Assembly: GCA_049967475.1 (NCBI GenBank)
Contig: JBMFSQ010000010.1
Location: 44,788-108,787 of the forward strand
Direction of reading: 5' to 3'
DNA from: Chthonomonadales bacterium
Lineage (GTDB): Bacteria > Armatimonadota > Chthonomonadetes > Chthonomonadales > CAJBBX01
Length of the DNA stretch: 64,000 bases
Within the stretch, counting starts at the first letter, position 1. Each line of letters opens with the position of its first letter. The position numbers were made by a program, and so were the translations under genes. Positions 34,386 to 43,667 of this stretch are shown here, in pieces. The notes beneath the pieces are model-generated. The model saw only the letters and a list, made by a program, of their open reading frames with translations, ran no database searches and was not told where the DNA came from.

Positions 34386-35171
34386 TCAACGATAGGCCGG
34401 CGGGATCTCGTTCAGCAGGCACGAAATGAACGCCGCACCGTTATTGGGGCCGGAAGCGCATGGATCCCCGCCCCAATTCGACCACTCGTTTGGATCATTG
34501 TCTGGGTTCCACAGGAACGTGGGGCTGAGCGTGGCGGCCAGCTTGTACCACTTAGCATGCCCATCGGCCAAGGCCCAGTTGCCGCCCGTATTGTGCCAGA
34601 ACGGTAGGCTGCCGCCATTGTGATCATAGTTCCAGCCGATGGTCCAGGTGCCTAGGTCGGGCCAGAAGTCGCGCGTCTCTAGAACCTGGATCGTCGTCGC
34701 AGGATACTGGATGGATGCCATGGACACAGGACCACCGAAGAGGTTCCCATTGTCCGCATAGTTCATCCGGCTGTGGAAATTGTTTGCCTGGGCATCGGCG
34801 AGCGTCATGCTCCCATCGGCGACGCACCCGGCCCAGCCCGGCCAATCGAACTCGTTGCGCGCCCACGGCGCCGAGGGGCAGAGCCAGATATTCTCGTTCT
34901 TAAGGTACGGCACCACGGCTGCGCGCCAAGTATAATGCCCTCCGTTATTGTCTATCCAGATGCGGTTGGAGGGAAACGTCTCATCGTAGTCCTGAACATA
35001 CATCAAACGTGCCAAGGCGATCTGCTTGATGTTGCTCAAACAGCTAATGGTTCGCGCCTTCTCCCGTGCTTGAGCGAATACAGGGAAAAGGATCGCGGCC
35101 AGGATCGCGATGATCGCGATCACAACCAGCAATTCAATCAGCGTAAACCCACCGTTCGATTTCGACTTCAT
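34386..35171 (-). CDS. Prepilin-type N-terminal cleavage/methylation domain protein, DUF1559 (H-X9-DG) family
   Basis: Start re-set to the ATG at 35171 (SD AAGGAG). The N-terminus is [51 protein letters not shown], and the C-terminal motif is [13 protein letters not shown]. Confidence 0.9.
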   Translation of the reverse strand: MKSKSNGGFTLIELLVVIAIIAILAAILFPVFAQAREKARTISCLSNIKQIALARLMYVQDYDETFPSNRIWIDNNGGHYTWRAAVVPYLKNENIWLCPSAPWARNEFDWPGWAGCVADGSMTLADAQANNFHSRMNYADNGNLFGGPVSMASIQYPATTIQVLETRDFWPDLGTWTIGWNYDHNGGSLPFWHNTGGNWALADGHAKWYKLAATLSPTFLWNPDNDPNEWSNWGGDPCASGPNNGAAFISCLLNEIPPAYR

Positions 35172-35328
35172 CGTGAGCTCCTTCACAGTCAAATATCGCT
35201 GCAATGGCCAAGCGCCCATCGCGGCATAATCTTCTTCACATTCAAATGAGCATGCGTGTTCCTTCCGATGCAACCTCCTTTCTAAGGCTGCGCCGTCCTA
35301 TCTCAGCTCGGCCCTCGAGCCATGCGCT

Positions 35329-36528
35329 CTATTCTTTCCGACGCGTCCGGCGTTGCGCGGTAACCACGCCCCCCGGAGATGCCGTGGTGGAGCGCACCAT
35401 CAACGTTGTAGGGAGGATCACATGCCTGAAGGTGCGAGGACCTCCCTCCGCGGACTGGCGCATTCGCAACAGCAGCAGTTCGGCGGCACGCTTGCCGATC
35501 TGCCAGAAGGGCTGGTGGATCGTCGTGAGGATTGCCGGATGGGGCGAATAGCATTCCACATCGTCAAACCCCACGATGCTCACGTCGCGTGGAATGCGGA
35601 TCCCCGCGTTGCCGGCAGCTCGCATGAACCGAAACGCGGACAGGTCATTCTCGAACACGATCGCCGTAGGACGTTCGGACGCGGAAAGCCAGTCCTTTGC
35701 CAAACGCGCCACAGCGTCCTCCAGATTGCCCGTGAAGGTGTACAGTTGCTCGGGTTTCTGCGGCAATCCGAAGCCGGCAAATGCTTCCACAAAGCCTGCC
35801 CGCCGTTCCATCACCGTGGTAACCCGTTCGTCGTGCCCGGCATACAAAATCCGCCGGTGCCCCAGGTCAAACAGATATTCCACCCCAGTGCGCACGCCTT
35901 CGCGGTTATCCACTCCCACAAAGTCGCATTCCAAAGCCTCGGGGTAGCGATCCACATACACAATCGGCAGACCTCGCCGATGTTCCTCGCTCAAAATCTG
36001 CAGGCTGCGATCGCTACCCGAATGCCAAACGATCATGCCCGCCACCCCATCCTTTAGAACACGATGGAGAACCTCTACCTCGAGATCTTCCCCAGGATGA
36101 ACTGAGGTGGCCGCATCCCTTGATGGGTTCGTATCGTATACGGCAAGCCTGCACAGGTGGGGTTCCCGGTTCACCACCGAGGTAACGCCCCGAAGAATGG
36201 CATGAGCCGTCACGTAGGTAGGGTGGTGCGGCAAAATGACGGCAATGGTTCTTTGCGAGCGGTCCCCATTCCCGTCGGCCCCTGTTCGGTGGGAACCCGA
36301 AGGCAGTACGACCGGCCGGCATCCAGGCCTCCGCTCAAGAAGACCGCGGTCCTGCAAGGCGGCCAAAGCGGCCCGGACCACCGGTCGGCTCACGCCGAAT
36401 TCATCGGCGAGGACCCGTTCAGACGGCAGCCAGGCTCCGGGCGCATAGTGCCCATTGGCGATGGCAGCCTCCAGAGCCCGGCGCACTCGAACCGCTGCAG
36501 GGAATGATTGTGGGGCCATGCGCACCAT
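35329..36528 (-). CDS. AraR-like chimeric regulator: GntR-type HTH plus LacI-type sugar-binding domain
   Basis: The N-terminus LPSERVLADEFGVSRPVVRAALAALQDRGLL is a GntR HTH. The C-terminus has LacI/PBP-type motifs (IVYVDR, VGVDNREG, IVGFDD). Confidence 0.85.
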   Translation of the reverse strand: MVRMAPQSFPAAVRVRRALEAAIANGHYAPGAWLPSERVLADEFGVSRPVVRAALAALQDRGLLERRPGCRPVVLPSGSHRTGADGNGDRSQRTIAVILPHHPTYVTAHAILRGVTSVVNREPHLCRLAVYDTNPSRDAATSVHPGEDLEVEVLHRVLKDGVAGMIVWHSGSDRSLQILSEEHRRGLPIVYVDRYPEALECDFVGVDNREGVRTGVEYLFDLGHRRILYAGHDERVTTVMERRAGFVEAFAGFGLPQKPEQLYTFTGNLEDAVARLAKDWLSASERPTAIVFENDLSAFRFMRAAGNAGIRIPRDVSIVGFDDVECYSPHPAILTTIHQPFWQIGKRAAELLLLRMRQSAEGGPRTFRHVILPTTLMVRSTTASPGGVVTAQRRTRRKE

Positions 36529-36561
36529 CGCGTTACCAAGCTAAGGCCATAAGTTGACCGT

Positions 36562-36590
36562 ATGATATCAGGTGGTTAACCTCTTGTCAA
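36562..36590 (-). promoter_or_regulatory. Candidate promoter TTGACA-N17-TATCAT of the AraR-like gene, embedding palindromes GGTTAACC and TGATATCA
   Basis: Minus-strand TTGACA at 36585-36590 and TATCAT at 36562-36567. GGTTAACC lies in the spacer and TGATATCA overlaps the -10 element. The ATG at 36528 is about 27 nt downstream of the predicted transcription start. Confidence 0.5.
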
Positions 36591-36937
36591 GGGTTTGCCG
36601 GCACACTGTCGTTGCTCACGTAAAAGCTACCCATAGTCGCTCGGATGGTATGGAGGAACGACCCGGCGCACCATCAGCCATTTGGTGCAACGAAGTGTGG
36701 CCTGCTTTTGCCCCACGCTGGTCGCCCAAGTGAACGAATGGGAACGGGGAGGGTATCATCCGTGAACGGGAACTGCGTGCTTCGGACGATGCCCTCGGGG
36801 AAATAGCGGCGACGTCCCCTATCCCTGCAGACGCGCTTGCGGCAGCCCCGTCTATTACGCACATGGAACTACGCCGAGAGCGCCTTTCTCACTCGGGTCG
36901 TGCTCGCCGCCGCTACCCGAAACACCGCCCATGCCGG

Positions 36938-39124
36938 TTAGGGGAATTGCGCTCGGTTTTGGGCAGCAAGCTCGCGCTCCAGCCTTGCGCGCATCGCCGC
37001 GGCAGCGGATGCTTCCTCCGTGCGGCCGAGGGCGCGGAGGCTGTGTTCCCAGCCTTGGAGAGCCGCCCGGTAGCGATCGGCCACGGAGCGCAGCACCTCA
37101 GGCCGCACCTCTACCTGCACGATCTGTAAGTTTCGTCGCTGCCAGTACTCCTCCAGGATCTGCACAGCCTGCCGGTAGTCGGCTTCAGCACGTTTTGGAT
37201 CACCCGCAGCAGCTTCATAGCGCCCTAAGGCGGCATATGCAGCGCCGAATTCCCAGTTCACAAGCTCCGGTAGGGCGCGCACGCGGCCCACCGGCGCACG
37301 GTAGAGAGCAGCAATCTGCCTGTACACCAACTCGGCTGCGGCACGGCGCCCGTCGGCTTCGTAGACCTCAGCGAGAGCGAGAAGGTTCTGCAGATTGAGG
37401 GGCTCCAGGGTCCTGGCGCGCTCGAACTGGCCGATTGCGCCAGGCAAGTCATGCGCCCTTTCCAAAAACCGGGCGTATCGGTAATGGCACTTACCTATAT
37501 CCGCCAATCGGATGGCAGCTTGGTACTGCTCGCCGGCGGAATGAAGATCGCCTTGCATTTCGTATACTTCGGCCAGTGAGAGCCTGTAATCCGGATTGAG
37601 CGGATCCCAGGCGGCAGCGGCACTCAGGTATTGGGCCGCACCGAAGGCATCTGCTGATCGCAAGAGCCCCATTCCGCGAAGGGCCTCAACGCGGCCTCCG
37701 GCAACCATCACGCAAAATACGGCCGCGCATGCGCTTGCCGCGATCCCGATCCACCGCAAAACGATGCTCACGGTTGCGGCCGGCCTCCAACCGGCGAAGC
37801 CCGCCATGACGCCGCAGAGCACGGCGAATGTGAAGGCATTCGCCGGCACATATAAGTCCGAGTCGAAGCAGTTCCTCAGAAGCGCGCCGGCAAGGCCTCC
37901 CACAACGCCAGCCTTCAGGATCTCCAGATCCAGCGTGACGCCGCTGCCGCCGGCTCCAGGCGGCCGAGATTGATGTGCATTGGGGGCAGGTCCCCGGGCT
38001 GCACGAACGGATGGCGGCCCCGGGACCGAAGCGGCTTGGTAGCGGCGCCAATCGGTTTTCAACGTCTTGACCAAAAGGACAGCTACCCACGCTGTAAACA
38101 ACACCGCCCCTGGGATGCCGATTTCATCTGCTAACTGAAGGTAGCTGTTGTGCGCGTGCTCGGTATAGCCGACGAGGGCGTATCGGGGGTAAGCCGCGTC
38201 GAAGGAACCGATGCCCGTTCCGAAAATAGGATGGGCCAGCGCCATCCGCAATGCACCGCGCCACGTGTATTCGCGAAACTGGGTGGAATAGCTCTCCAGC
38301 CCCGTATTTGCCAGGCGATGGAGAACCGGACGGACGCCCGCCGCCAACGCCAGCACGGCTACGAGCATCAAGGCAAGGGTGCGCCGCCGCGTTCGACCTC
38401 TCAAGGCTCCGGCCCTCACAGCGTACGATCCGAACACCGTCAGCCCTACCACGAGGCAAACGAGCCCAAACCGCGAACCCGTCAGAAGAAGTGCGGAAGT
38501 CTCAAGGGCCAATGAAAACCCGGCGAGCAAAGCGACCATTCGGTCCCCGGTCGCGAGGAAGGCTGCCGCGGCCAACGGCACCGTCATGCAGAGATAGCCG
38601 GCAAGGAAATTGGGTGTGGCAAAGGTCGAAAAGACGCGCCACGTGGGGTTGTGCAGCGCCACCTCACCGGCATACTCGCGGATACCCAATGCGGCCACAA
38701 CTGCGGAAGCGAGGATCAATGCGTACACCACAACGTTGAGCGCACGGCCGCTGCGGGCGCAGACCGCTGTACTCGCGCCCGTTGCCGACGCTCCTGCCAG
38801 CACCATGCACCCAACGAGGGATGCCCAAACAACCTGCGAGTGCATCAACGAAAGAACCGCCAAAGCCGGGATCACGGCGATCACAGCAGAAAACGTAAGT
38901 TGGCGGTAATTCCGCCAAACCAGAACCCACGAGACCAGCGCAACGAACGTAGCCGCAGGCACTCCAAGCAAGTCTGTGAAGCCGGTTCCGGGTGTGGCGG
39001 GGTTGACGCGGTCGCTCGGCATTCCCCCGCGAAGAGCTACTACCACGAGGGCCAAGCCCACGCCTAGGGCTACGATCTGCGACACGGTGGCCGAAGAAAA
39101 AACCAGAGCGCGCCTGCGCGTCAC
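36938..39124 (-). CDS. O-antigen ligase (Wzy_C) family membrane protein with C-terminal TPR domain
   Basis: Start re-set to the GTG at 39124 (GTGA overlap with the upstream GT2 stop). It has multiple TM helices, the Wzy_C motif HAHNSYLQLADEIGIPG, and C-terminal TPR-like repeats (YRLSLAEVYEMQGDLHSAGEQY...). Confidence 0.8.
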   Translation of the reverse strand: MTRRRALVFSSATVSQIVALGVGLALVVVALRGGMPSDRVNPATPGTGFTDLLGVPAATFVALVSWVLVWRNYRQLTFSAVIAVIPALAVLSLMHSQVVWASLVGCMVLAGASATGASTAVCARSGRALNVVVYALILASAVVAALGIREYAGEVALHNPTWRVFSTFATPNFLAGYLCMTVPLAAAAFLATGDRMVALLAGFSLALETSALLLTGSRFGLVCLVVGLTVFGSYAVRAGALRGRTRRRTLALMLVAVLALAAGVRPVLHRLANTGLESYSTQFREYTWRGALRMALAHPIFGTGIGSFDAAYPRYALVGYTEHAHNSYLQLADEIGIPGAVLFTAWVAVLLVKTLKTDWRRYQAASVPGPPSVRAARGPAPNAHQSRPPGAGGSGVTLDLEILKAGVVGGLAGALLRNCFDSDLYVPANAFTFAVLCGVMAGFAGWRPAATVSIVLRWIGIAASACAAVFCVMVAGGRVEALRGMGLLRSADAFGAAQYLSAAAAWDPLNPDYRLSLAEVYEMQGDLHSAGEQYQAAIRLADIGKCHYRYARFLERAHDLPGAIGQFERARTLEPLNLQNLLALAEVYEADGRRAAAELVYRQIAALYRAPVGRVRALPELVNWEFGAAYAALGRYEAAAGDPKRAEADYRQAVQILEEYWQRRNLQIVQVEVRPEVLRSVADRYRAALQGWEHSLRALGRTEEASAAAAMRARLERELAAQNRAQFP

Positions 39125-40011
39125 TTCTGCCTCCAATGGGCCAGGCGCCGCTTCAGGTTCCGCCACCGGTAGCGAACGATCTGCCCGCTCGCCCGCAATA
39201 CCAGGCCGGGAAGGATCAGCGGCCGCACGAACCATGGCGTCTTGCGGGCATAGTGCTTGCGATAGAAGCGATACATGCTCCGGTGGAAGGCGAACGTTGC
39301 TCGCGTGGGAACCTGGTCGCTGCTCCGGCCGATGGTGTGGTAGATCACGGATGCAGGGCAGTACATCACGCGCCACCCGAGCTCATGGGTCCGGTAGCAG
39401 AGATCCACATCCTCGCAGTACATATAGAAGCATTCATCGAAGCCACCCGTTTGGCGCAGCACCTCTCGGCGGATCATGAGCGCCGCGCCGGACACCCAGT
39501 CTACGTCCCTCGGTGTGGCGTGGTCCCAATCCGCCATCAAATAGTCTTGCGTAAAGCGGTTCCTTGGGAACAACCGCCCCAGCGGGGTGTTACGAAAGAA
39601 GCCCACACCCAAATTCGGAAAGCGGCGGCAAGAGTATTGGAGGCTGCCGTCGGCATTGAGCAGGCGCGGGCCAACGATGCCGACATCCGGGTGTTCGTCG
39701 GCAAACGACACGAGGGTGTCCAGGGCGCACGGAGTTACGCGCGTGTCGGCATTGAGGAAGAGTATGTAGCGACCGGGATCAGCCGGTACCGCGCGGTTAT
39801 TGCCGGCGCAAAAGCCTAGATTGCGGGAATGGGCAACAAGGCGAACCTGCGGGAATTCTGCCAGTACCATCTCGCGGCTGCCGTCTGCGGAAGCATTATC
39901 GGCTACTATAATCTCCACCTCGTGTTCATACTTCTGAGCCACAAGCGATGCGAGGCACACACGAAGATCGTTGCGGGTATTCCAGTTGAGTACGATAACG
40001 GTTAGATCCAC
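39121..40011 (-). CDS. Family 2 glycosyltransferase (rhamnosyltransferase-like)
   Basis: Start re-set to the GTG at 40011, 1 nt after the upstream TAG, with GAGGA upstream. Motifs LTVIVLNWNTRNDL, IIVADNASADGS, LFLNADT and CEDVDLCYR are present. Confidence 0.85.
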   Translation of the reverse strand: MDLTVIVLNWNTRNDLRVCLASLVAQKYEHEVEIIVADNASADGSREMVLAEFPQVRLVAHSRNLGFCAGNNRAVPADPGRYILFLNADTRVTPCALDTLVSFADEHPDVGIVGPRLLNADGSLQYSCRRFPNLGVGFFRNTPLGRLFPRNRFTQDYLMADWDHATPRDVDWVSGAALMIRREVLRQTGGFDECFYMYCEDVDLCYRTHELGWRVMYCPASVIYHTIGRSSDQVPTRATFAFHRSMYRFYRKHYARKTPWFVRPLILPGLVLRASGQIVRYRWRNLKRRLAHWRQK

Positions 40012-40012
40012 G

Positions 40013-40861
40013 CTATCCTCTGAGCCTCGCAGCGATCCAAGCGTGCACCCACGAGGCCAGCGCCGCAACCCAATAAACCGGCAGAAATAGGGGCGAGCGG
40101 TAATGCTTGCGGTAGAACTGCAGTAGCCCTCGTCGCGACTCCCATGCCATCATACCCCGCACCAACCGCGTGCTGCCGCCTCCGTAGTGCGTCACAACGA
40201 CCGAAGGCGTGTAGAGAACCACCACCCCATTCCGGTTTGCCCGGTACAACCAGTCCACGTCGTTGAAAAAGATAGGGAAGCACTCATCCATCGCCCCGAT
40301 CCGGTCGAAAACGCTGCGGCGCATTAGTAGAAAGGTACCCATCGGTTGTTCCACGACCGCCTCATGCTCGTAATCGAACCAATCCATTCGGTAGGCGTTG
40401 ATGATACGGCTCCGGCGGAACAGCGCCGCAATCCCCGTCACCTCAAAGATCATCGCAGCAGGCCGAGGAAAACCGCGCACCGACTTTTGGACCGTGCCGT
40501 CCGGATGCACCAGTTTCGCGGCCAGCACGCCTACCTCGGGGCGACGCTCGAGCAGCTCCACGGCACGCTCCAAACTTCCCGGCCAAACCACTACATCGGG
40601 GTTGAGCAGCAGAACGTACCTTCCCCTACTGGCAGCCACGCCTTGGTTGTTCCCCCGCGCATAGCCTTCATTGGCGTTGTTGGCGATGAGGCACACCTGA
40701 GGATACTTCCGGGCGACTGCCTCCGCGCTTCCGTCCGCAGAGGCGTTGTCTACCACGATGACCTCGAATTCGAAGGGCGGCGGGTTCCGGTAGATTGAGT
40801 GGAGTGCTCCAAGGAGATAGTCGCGCGTGTTCCAATTGACGAGGATGATGGAGAGCGTCAT
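40013..40861 (-). CDS. Family 2 glycosyltransferase, tandem paralogue of 39121..40011
   Basis: Start re-set to the ATG at 40861 (ATGA overlap with the HAD gene stop). Motifs LSIILVNWNTRDYL, VIVVDNASADGS, LLLNPDV and FNDVDWLYR are present. Confidence 0.85.
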   Translation of the reverse strand: MTLSIILVNWNTRDYLLGALHSIYRNPPPFEFEVIVVDNASADGSAEAVARKYPQVCLIANNANEGYARGNNQGVAASRGRYVLLLNPDVVVWPGSLERAVELLERRPEVGVLAAKLVHPDGTVQKSVRGFPRPAAMIFEVTGIAALFRRSRIINAYRMDWFDYEHEAVVEQPMGTFLLMRRSVFDRIGAMDECFPIFFNDVDWLYRANRNGVVVLYTPSVVVTHYGGGSTRLVRGMMAWESRRGLLQFYRKHYRSPLFLPVYWVAALASWVHAWIAARLRG

Positions 40862-41574
40862 GGGAAGAGGCACGCTGCCGACCCACCTTGTGTCGCCAGA
40901 GGCAGCAGATCGGCCAATTCGTTTACAAGAAGATCCGGCATGGCCGGAGCAAAGAAGGAACCGTCTCTTCCTAACAGGATGCCCACGGTAAAGAGGCCCG
41001 CTGCCCGACCCGCCTGGATATCCATCCAATGATCCCCGATGATGACGGCCTGCGCTGGCCCATCATGGAGGTGTTCCATGCCCAAGAGGCGCAGAGTGTG
41101 CATCAGGTGGTCCGGATGGGGCTTCGTGCGCTCCACATCGTCGCGCGTCACGAGGGCATCATAAGGAAGCCTGCTCATTCGCACGAGCTGTTCGGACACC
41201 CGCCGGCAATTTCGGGTTACGATGCCTATCCGAATGGACCGCCGGTGCAGATGCCGAATGAGAGCCGCAGCCCCAGGAGCCACCTTCGCGTCCCGCACAT
41301 GGCGTTCTTCGATTGCCTCGAGGGCTGCGAATGCTTCCTTGCGCAAGGCCGCCGCCTGGGCGGGATCTCCTTCACGGGCAAGTGCGGCGCGGGCTTCCTC
41401 CACGATGGCCAGAACATCCCGCTCGGTGGGATCTACGCGAATGCCGTATCGGAGCGCGAGCTGGCGCATCGCCCGGCGCATGGCGTCAAAGTCTATCTCC
41501 GTTTGGATGAGCGTGCCGTCCAGATCGAAGAGTGCGGCACGCACATGGGCAAAGGGGTTATCCACAGGTTCCAT
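40858..41574 (-). CDS. HAD-superfamily hydrolase (subfamily IA-like phosphatase)
   Basis: 238-aa ORF with motif I FDLDGTLIQTE, motif II VTRN and motif IV IGDHWMDIQAG. Confidence 0.8.
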   Translation of the reverse strand: MEPVDNPFAHVRAALFDLDGTLIQTEIDFDAMRRAMRQLALRYGIRVDPTERDVLAIVEEARAALAREGDPAQAAALRKEAFAALEAIEERHVRDAKVAPGAAALIRHLHRRSIRIGIVTRNCRRVSEQLVRMSRLPYDALVTRDDVERTKPHPDHLMHTLRLLGMEHLHDGPAQAVIIGDHWMDIQAGRAAGLFTVGILLGRDGSFFAPAMPDLLVNELADLLPLATQGGSAACLFP

Positions 41575-41621
41575 GATAGCACCTCACCGATCCTCGCTGC
41601 CATGAATGAAGAACCGACACC

Positions 41622-42818
41622 TCAATCAATAGGGTCGGGTACGTCCTCGGGCACCGGCTCGGCAAGTTTCGGGAAGAAGTAAATCAACAGGATCCGTACT
41701 GAGGCTGCCACGGGCACAGCCAAGAGCATCCCCCAAATGCCGAAAAGCGTCGCGCCGCACATTAAGGCGAATACGTTCACGAGGGGATGAAGCCCAACCG
41801 ACCCGCCCACAACGCGAGGAGTGATGCCGTAGTCGAAGGAGAGGTGCATGCCGACGAACAGCGCCACCACCAGCAGGGCGTATCCTGCGGAAGGGAGCTC
41901 CAAAGGCCAGAGGAACAGAAGCACCGGATGCTCCACGGTGAGGGCGACGATGCCTGCCGTGCAGATGGCAACTGCAGGCCCGATATAGGGAACCGCGTAC
42001 AGCACACCTGCAGCCAGTCCAAGGAAGAGTGCGTAATGAAGCCCCAGCAAGTAAAACAGCACCACGGCGGCTATACCGTAACAGACGCAGACCACGGCGA
42101 GACTGCGGAAATAGGCGCTGAAAACTTCCACCACTTCTTCGGACATACGGCGGATGCCCGGTTGATGGGCAGGGGGCGCAAAGGAGATGAGCTTGGCGCG
42201 AAGGGCGCGGTAGTCCATGAGGAAATAGAAAAGGGAAAGCGGGATGATGATGAGCCACAGGATCTGCCCGGCAAACCCCTGAATCGCATCTTTGACCGTA
42301 ATAAGAGCTTGCTTGGCGGCTGCGGCGATGGCGCCGTTCTGGTTGGTAGCGCTGAGGGGGTTGCTCTTGACCCCGAGGGCTGAAAGAGGTTTCTGATAGC
42401 GCCGATACCACTGGTCCGTGATGCGGGTAATCTGGGAGCCATAATCTGAGGCTTTGTTGGCCAAGCCGTTCATCTGATTGAGAACCTGGGGAACAACCAC
42501 TATGGCCGCCAGCACGATGAGGAGGAATACCAAAGCATAGATGGTTGCCACAGCTCGGACGCGCGACACCCCCCGCCGCTGATGCCGCGTCACCACAGGA
42601 TCTAGGAGGGAAGCAAGGAAGAAGGCGATAAGGAAAGGCGGCAATACGCTCCGGACCCGCCACAAAAAGAGGATGGCGCAGGCTCCGGCTGCCACCAGCC
42701 CTGCCGTCCTGCGCCATCCTCCGTCCGCTGCCGGCCCGTCCGCCGGTGGGCATTCCGGCGGCACGACACTCATGTCCCGCTTCTGTTCGGACGCATTAGG
42801 AGCCGGTCTATCGTCCAC
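41622..42818 (-). CDS. AI-2E family transporter (PerM/UPF0118)
   Basis: 398-aa polytopic membrane ORF with family-like organisation (FLIAFFLASLLDPVV..., C-terminal LLAVPVAASVRILL). The start (GTG 42818 or ATG 42773) is uncertain. Confidence 0.8.
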   Translation of the reverse strand: MDDRPAPNASEQKRDMSVVPPECPPADGPAADGGWRRTAGLVAAGACAILFLWRVRSVLPPFLIAFFLASLLDPVVTRHQRRGVSRVRAVATIYALVFLLIVLAAIVVVPQVLNQMNGLANKASDYGSQITRITDQWYRRYQKPLSALGVKSNPLSATNQNGAIAAAAKQALITVKDAIQGFAGQILWLIIIPLSLFYFLMDYRALRAKLISFAPPAHQPGIRRMSEEVVEVFSAYFRSLAVVCVCYGIAAVVLFYLLGLHYALFLGLAAGVLYAVPYIGPAVAICTAGIVALTVEHPVLLFLWPLELPSAGYALLVVALFVGMHLSFDYGITPRVVGGSVGLHPLVNVFALMCGATLFGIWGMLLAVPVAASVRILLIYFFPKLAEPVPEDVPDPID

Positions 42819-42832
42819 GCTCTTTCGAGGGC

Positions 42833-43123
42833 CTATACCGCGGTAGAGGTAGGCTCGGCCTCCTTCTCCTCGGACTTCTGGGCCTTCTCCACCATAGCCT
42901 GCTTGCCCGTCTCCACAGCCGTCTTCACCTTCTCGGCGACCTCTTTGCTCAGGTCGGAGATCTTCGTCCCCAGATCTGCAAGCGTCTTGCTCAAAGTCTC
43001 ACGCGTCTCCGTACCCGGCTTGGGAGCGAAGAGCAACCCGGCCACCGCGCCCACGATCACCCCAATGCCGATGCCGGCAAGGACGCTGATCAGAACGCTC
43101 TTATCGTTATCCTGCTGCTCCAT
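42833..43123 (-). CDS. YtxH domain protein
   Basis: Start re-set to the ATG at 43123 (SD GGAGG). It has a TM-like segment GIGIGVIVGAVAGLLFAPKPG followed by ETRETL and a Lys/Glu-rich helical tail. Confidence 0.8.
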   Translation of the reverse strand: MEQQDNDKSVLISVLAGIGIGVIVGAVAGLLFAPKPGTETRETLSKTLADLGTKISDLSKEVAEKVKTAVETGKQAMVEKAQKSEEKEAEPTSTAV

Positions 43124-43649
43124 CTGTGTCCCTCCTTTGTCCTTCTTCTTTGGTAATAACAAGCTGCTTGGATTTGTTGCCGTTGGGCAGAAGAGCACGC
43201 AAACCCGTTCGGACGCCGATCATAAGGAGCCCGAGCTTGTTGGCCGAGAGCTTCAGCACCCGACCCGCTGCCGACGACACGTTGGCGGGTTCCGTAACCG
43301 TCCGCACCAATGAGGCAATCTGGGCAACATTCTGCGCCGTTTGGCTTACTGCCCTCGTCGCCGCCTCAACGTGCGTTACGGCGGTGCGGGTAATCTGAAC
43401 TGTAGGCGCCAACTCCGACCGCACCAGGCTGTCTGCGGATGCGGTAAGCTGCTCTATGCGCTCCAGCGCGGTCTTTGTTTCCCGCAGAACGGGAACCACC
43501 TCCGTCTGAAGCACCTGCAGCTTCGCATTCACCTCGGCCAGGGCCCTCGTCACCGCCTTCAGCGCTTGAAGCACTCCTGCCGAGAACACGACGACGTTCA
43601 GCACAATGACGGCAAGCAATACCAGTTCTACAATTGTTCTTGTATCCAT
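43107..43649 (-). CDS. DUF948 (YtxG-like) membrane-anchored coiled-coil protein
   Basis: 180-aa ORF with an N-terminal TM helix IVELVLLAVIVLNVVVF followed by long helical repeats. It lies upstream of, and overlaps by 17 nt, the YtxH gene, in the same order as Bacillus ytxG-ytxH. Confidence 0.7.
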   Translation of the reverse strand: MDTRTIVELVLLAVIVLNVVVFSAGVLQALKAVTRALAEVNAKLQVLQTEVVPVLRETKTALERIEQLTASADSLVRSELAPTVQITRTAVTHVEAATRAVSQTAQNVAQIASLVRTVTEPANVSSAAGRVLKLSANKLGLLMIGVRTGLRALLPNGNKSKQLVITKEEGQRRDTDGAAG

Positions 43650-43667
43650 TTTGCTCGCCTGCCAATA

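Noticed and set aside
35199-35210. A sigma-54-like element TTGGCCATTGCA upstream of the DUF1559 gene.
   Set aside because: The GG and GC dinucleotides are only 5 nt apart instead of the 10 nt required by the -24/-12 consensus (TGGCAC-N5-TTGC).
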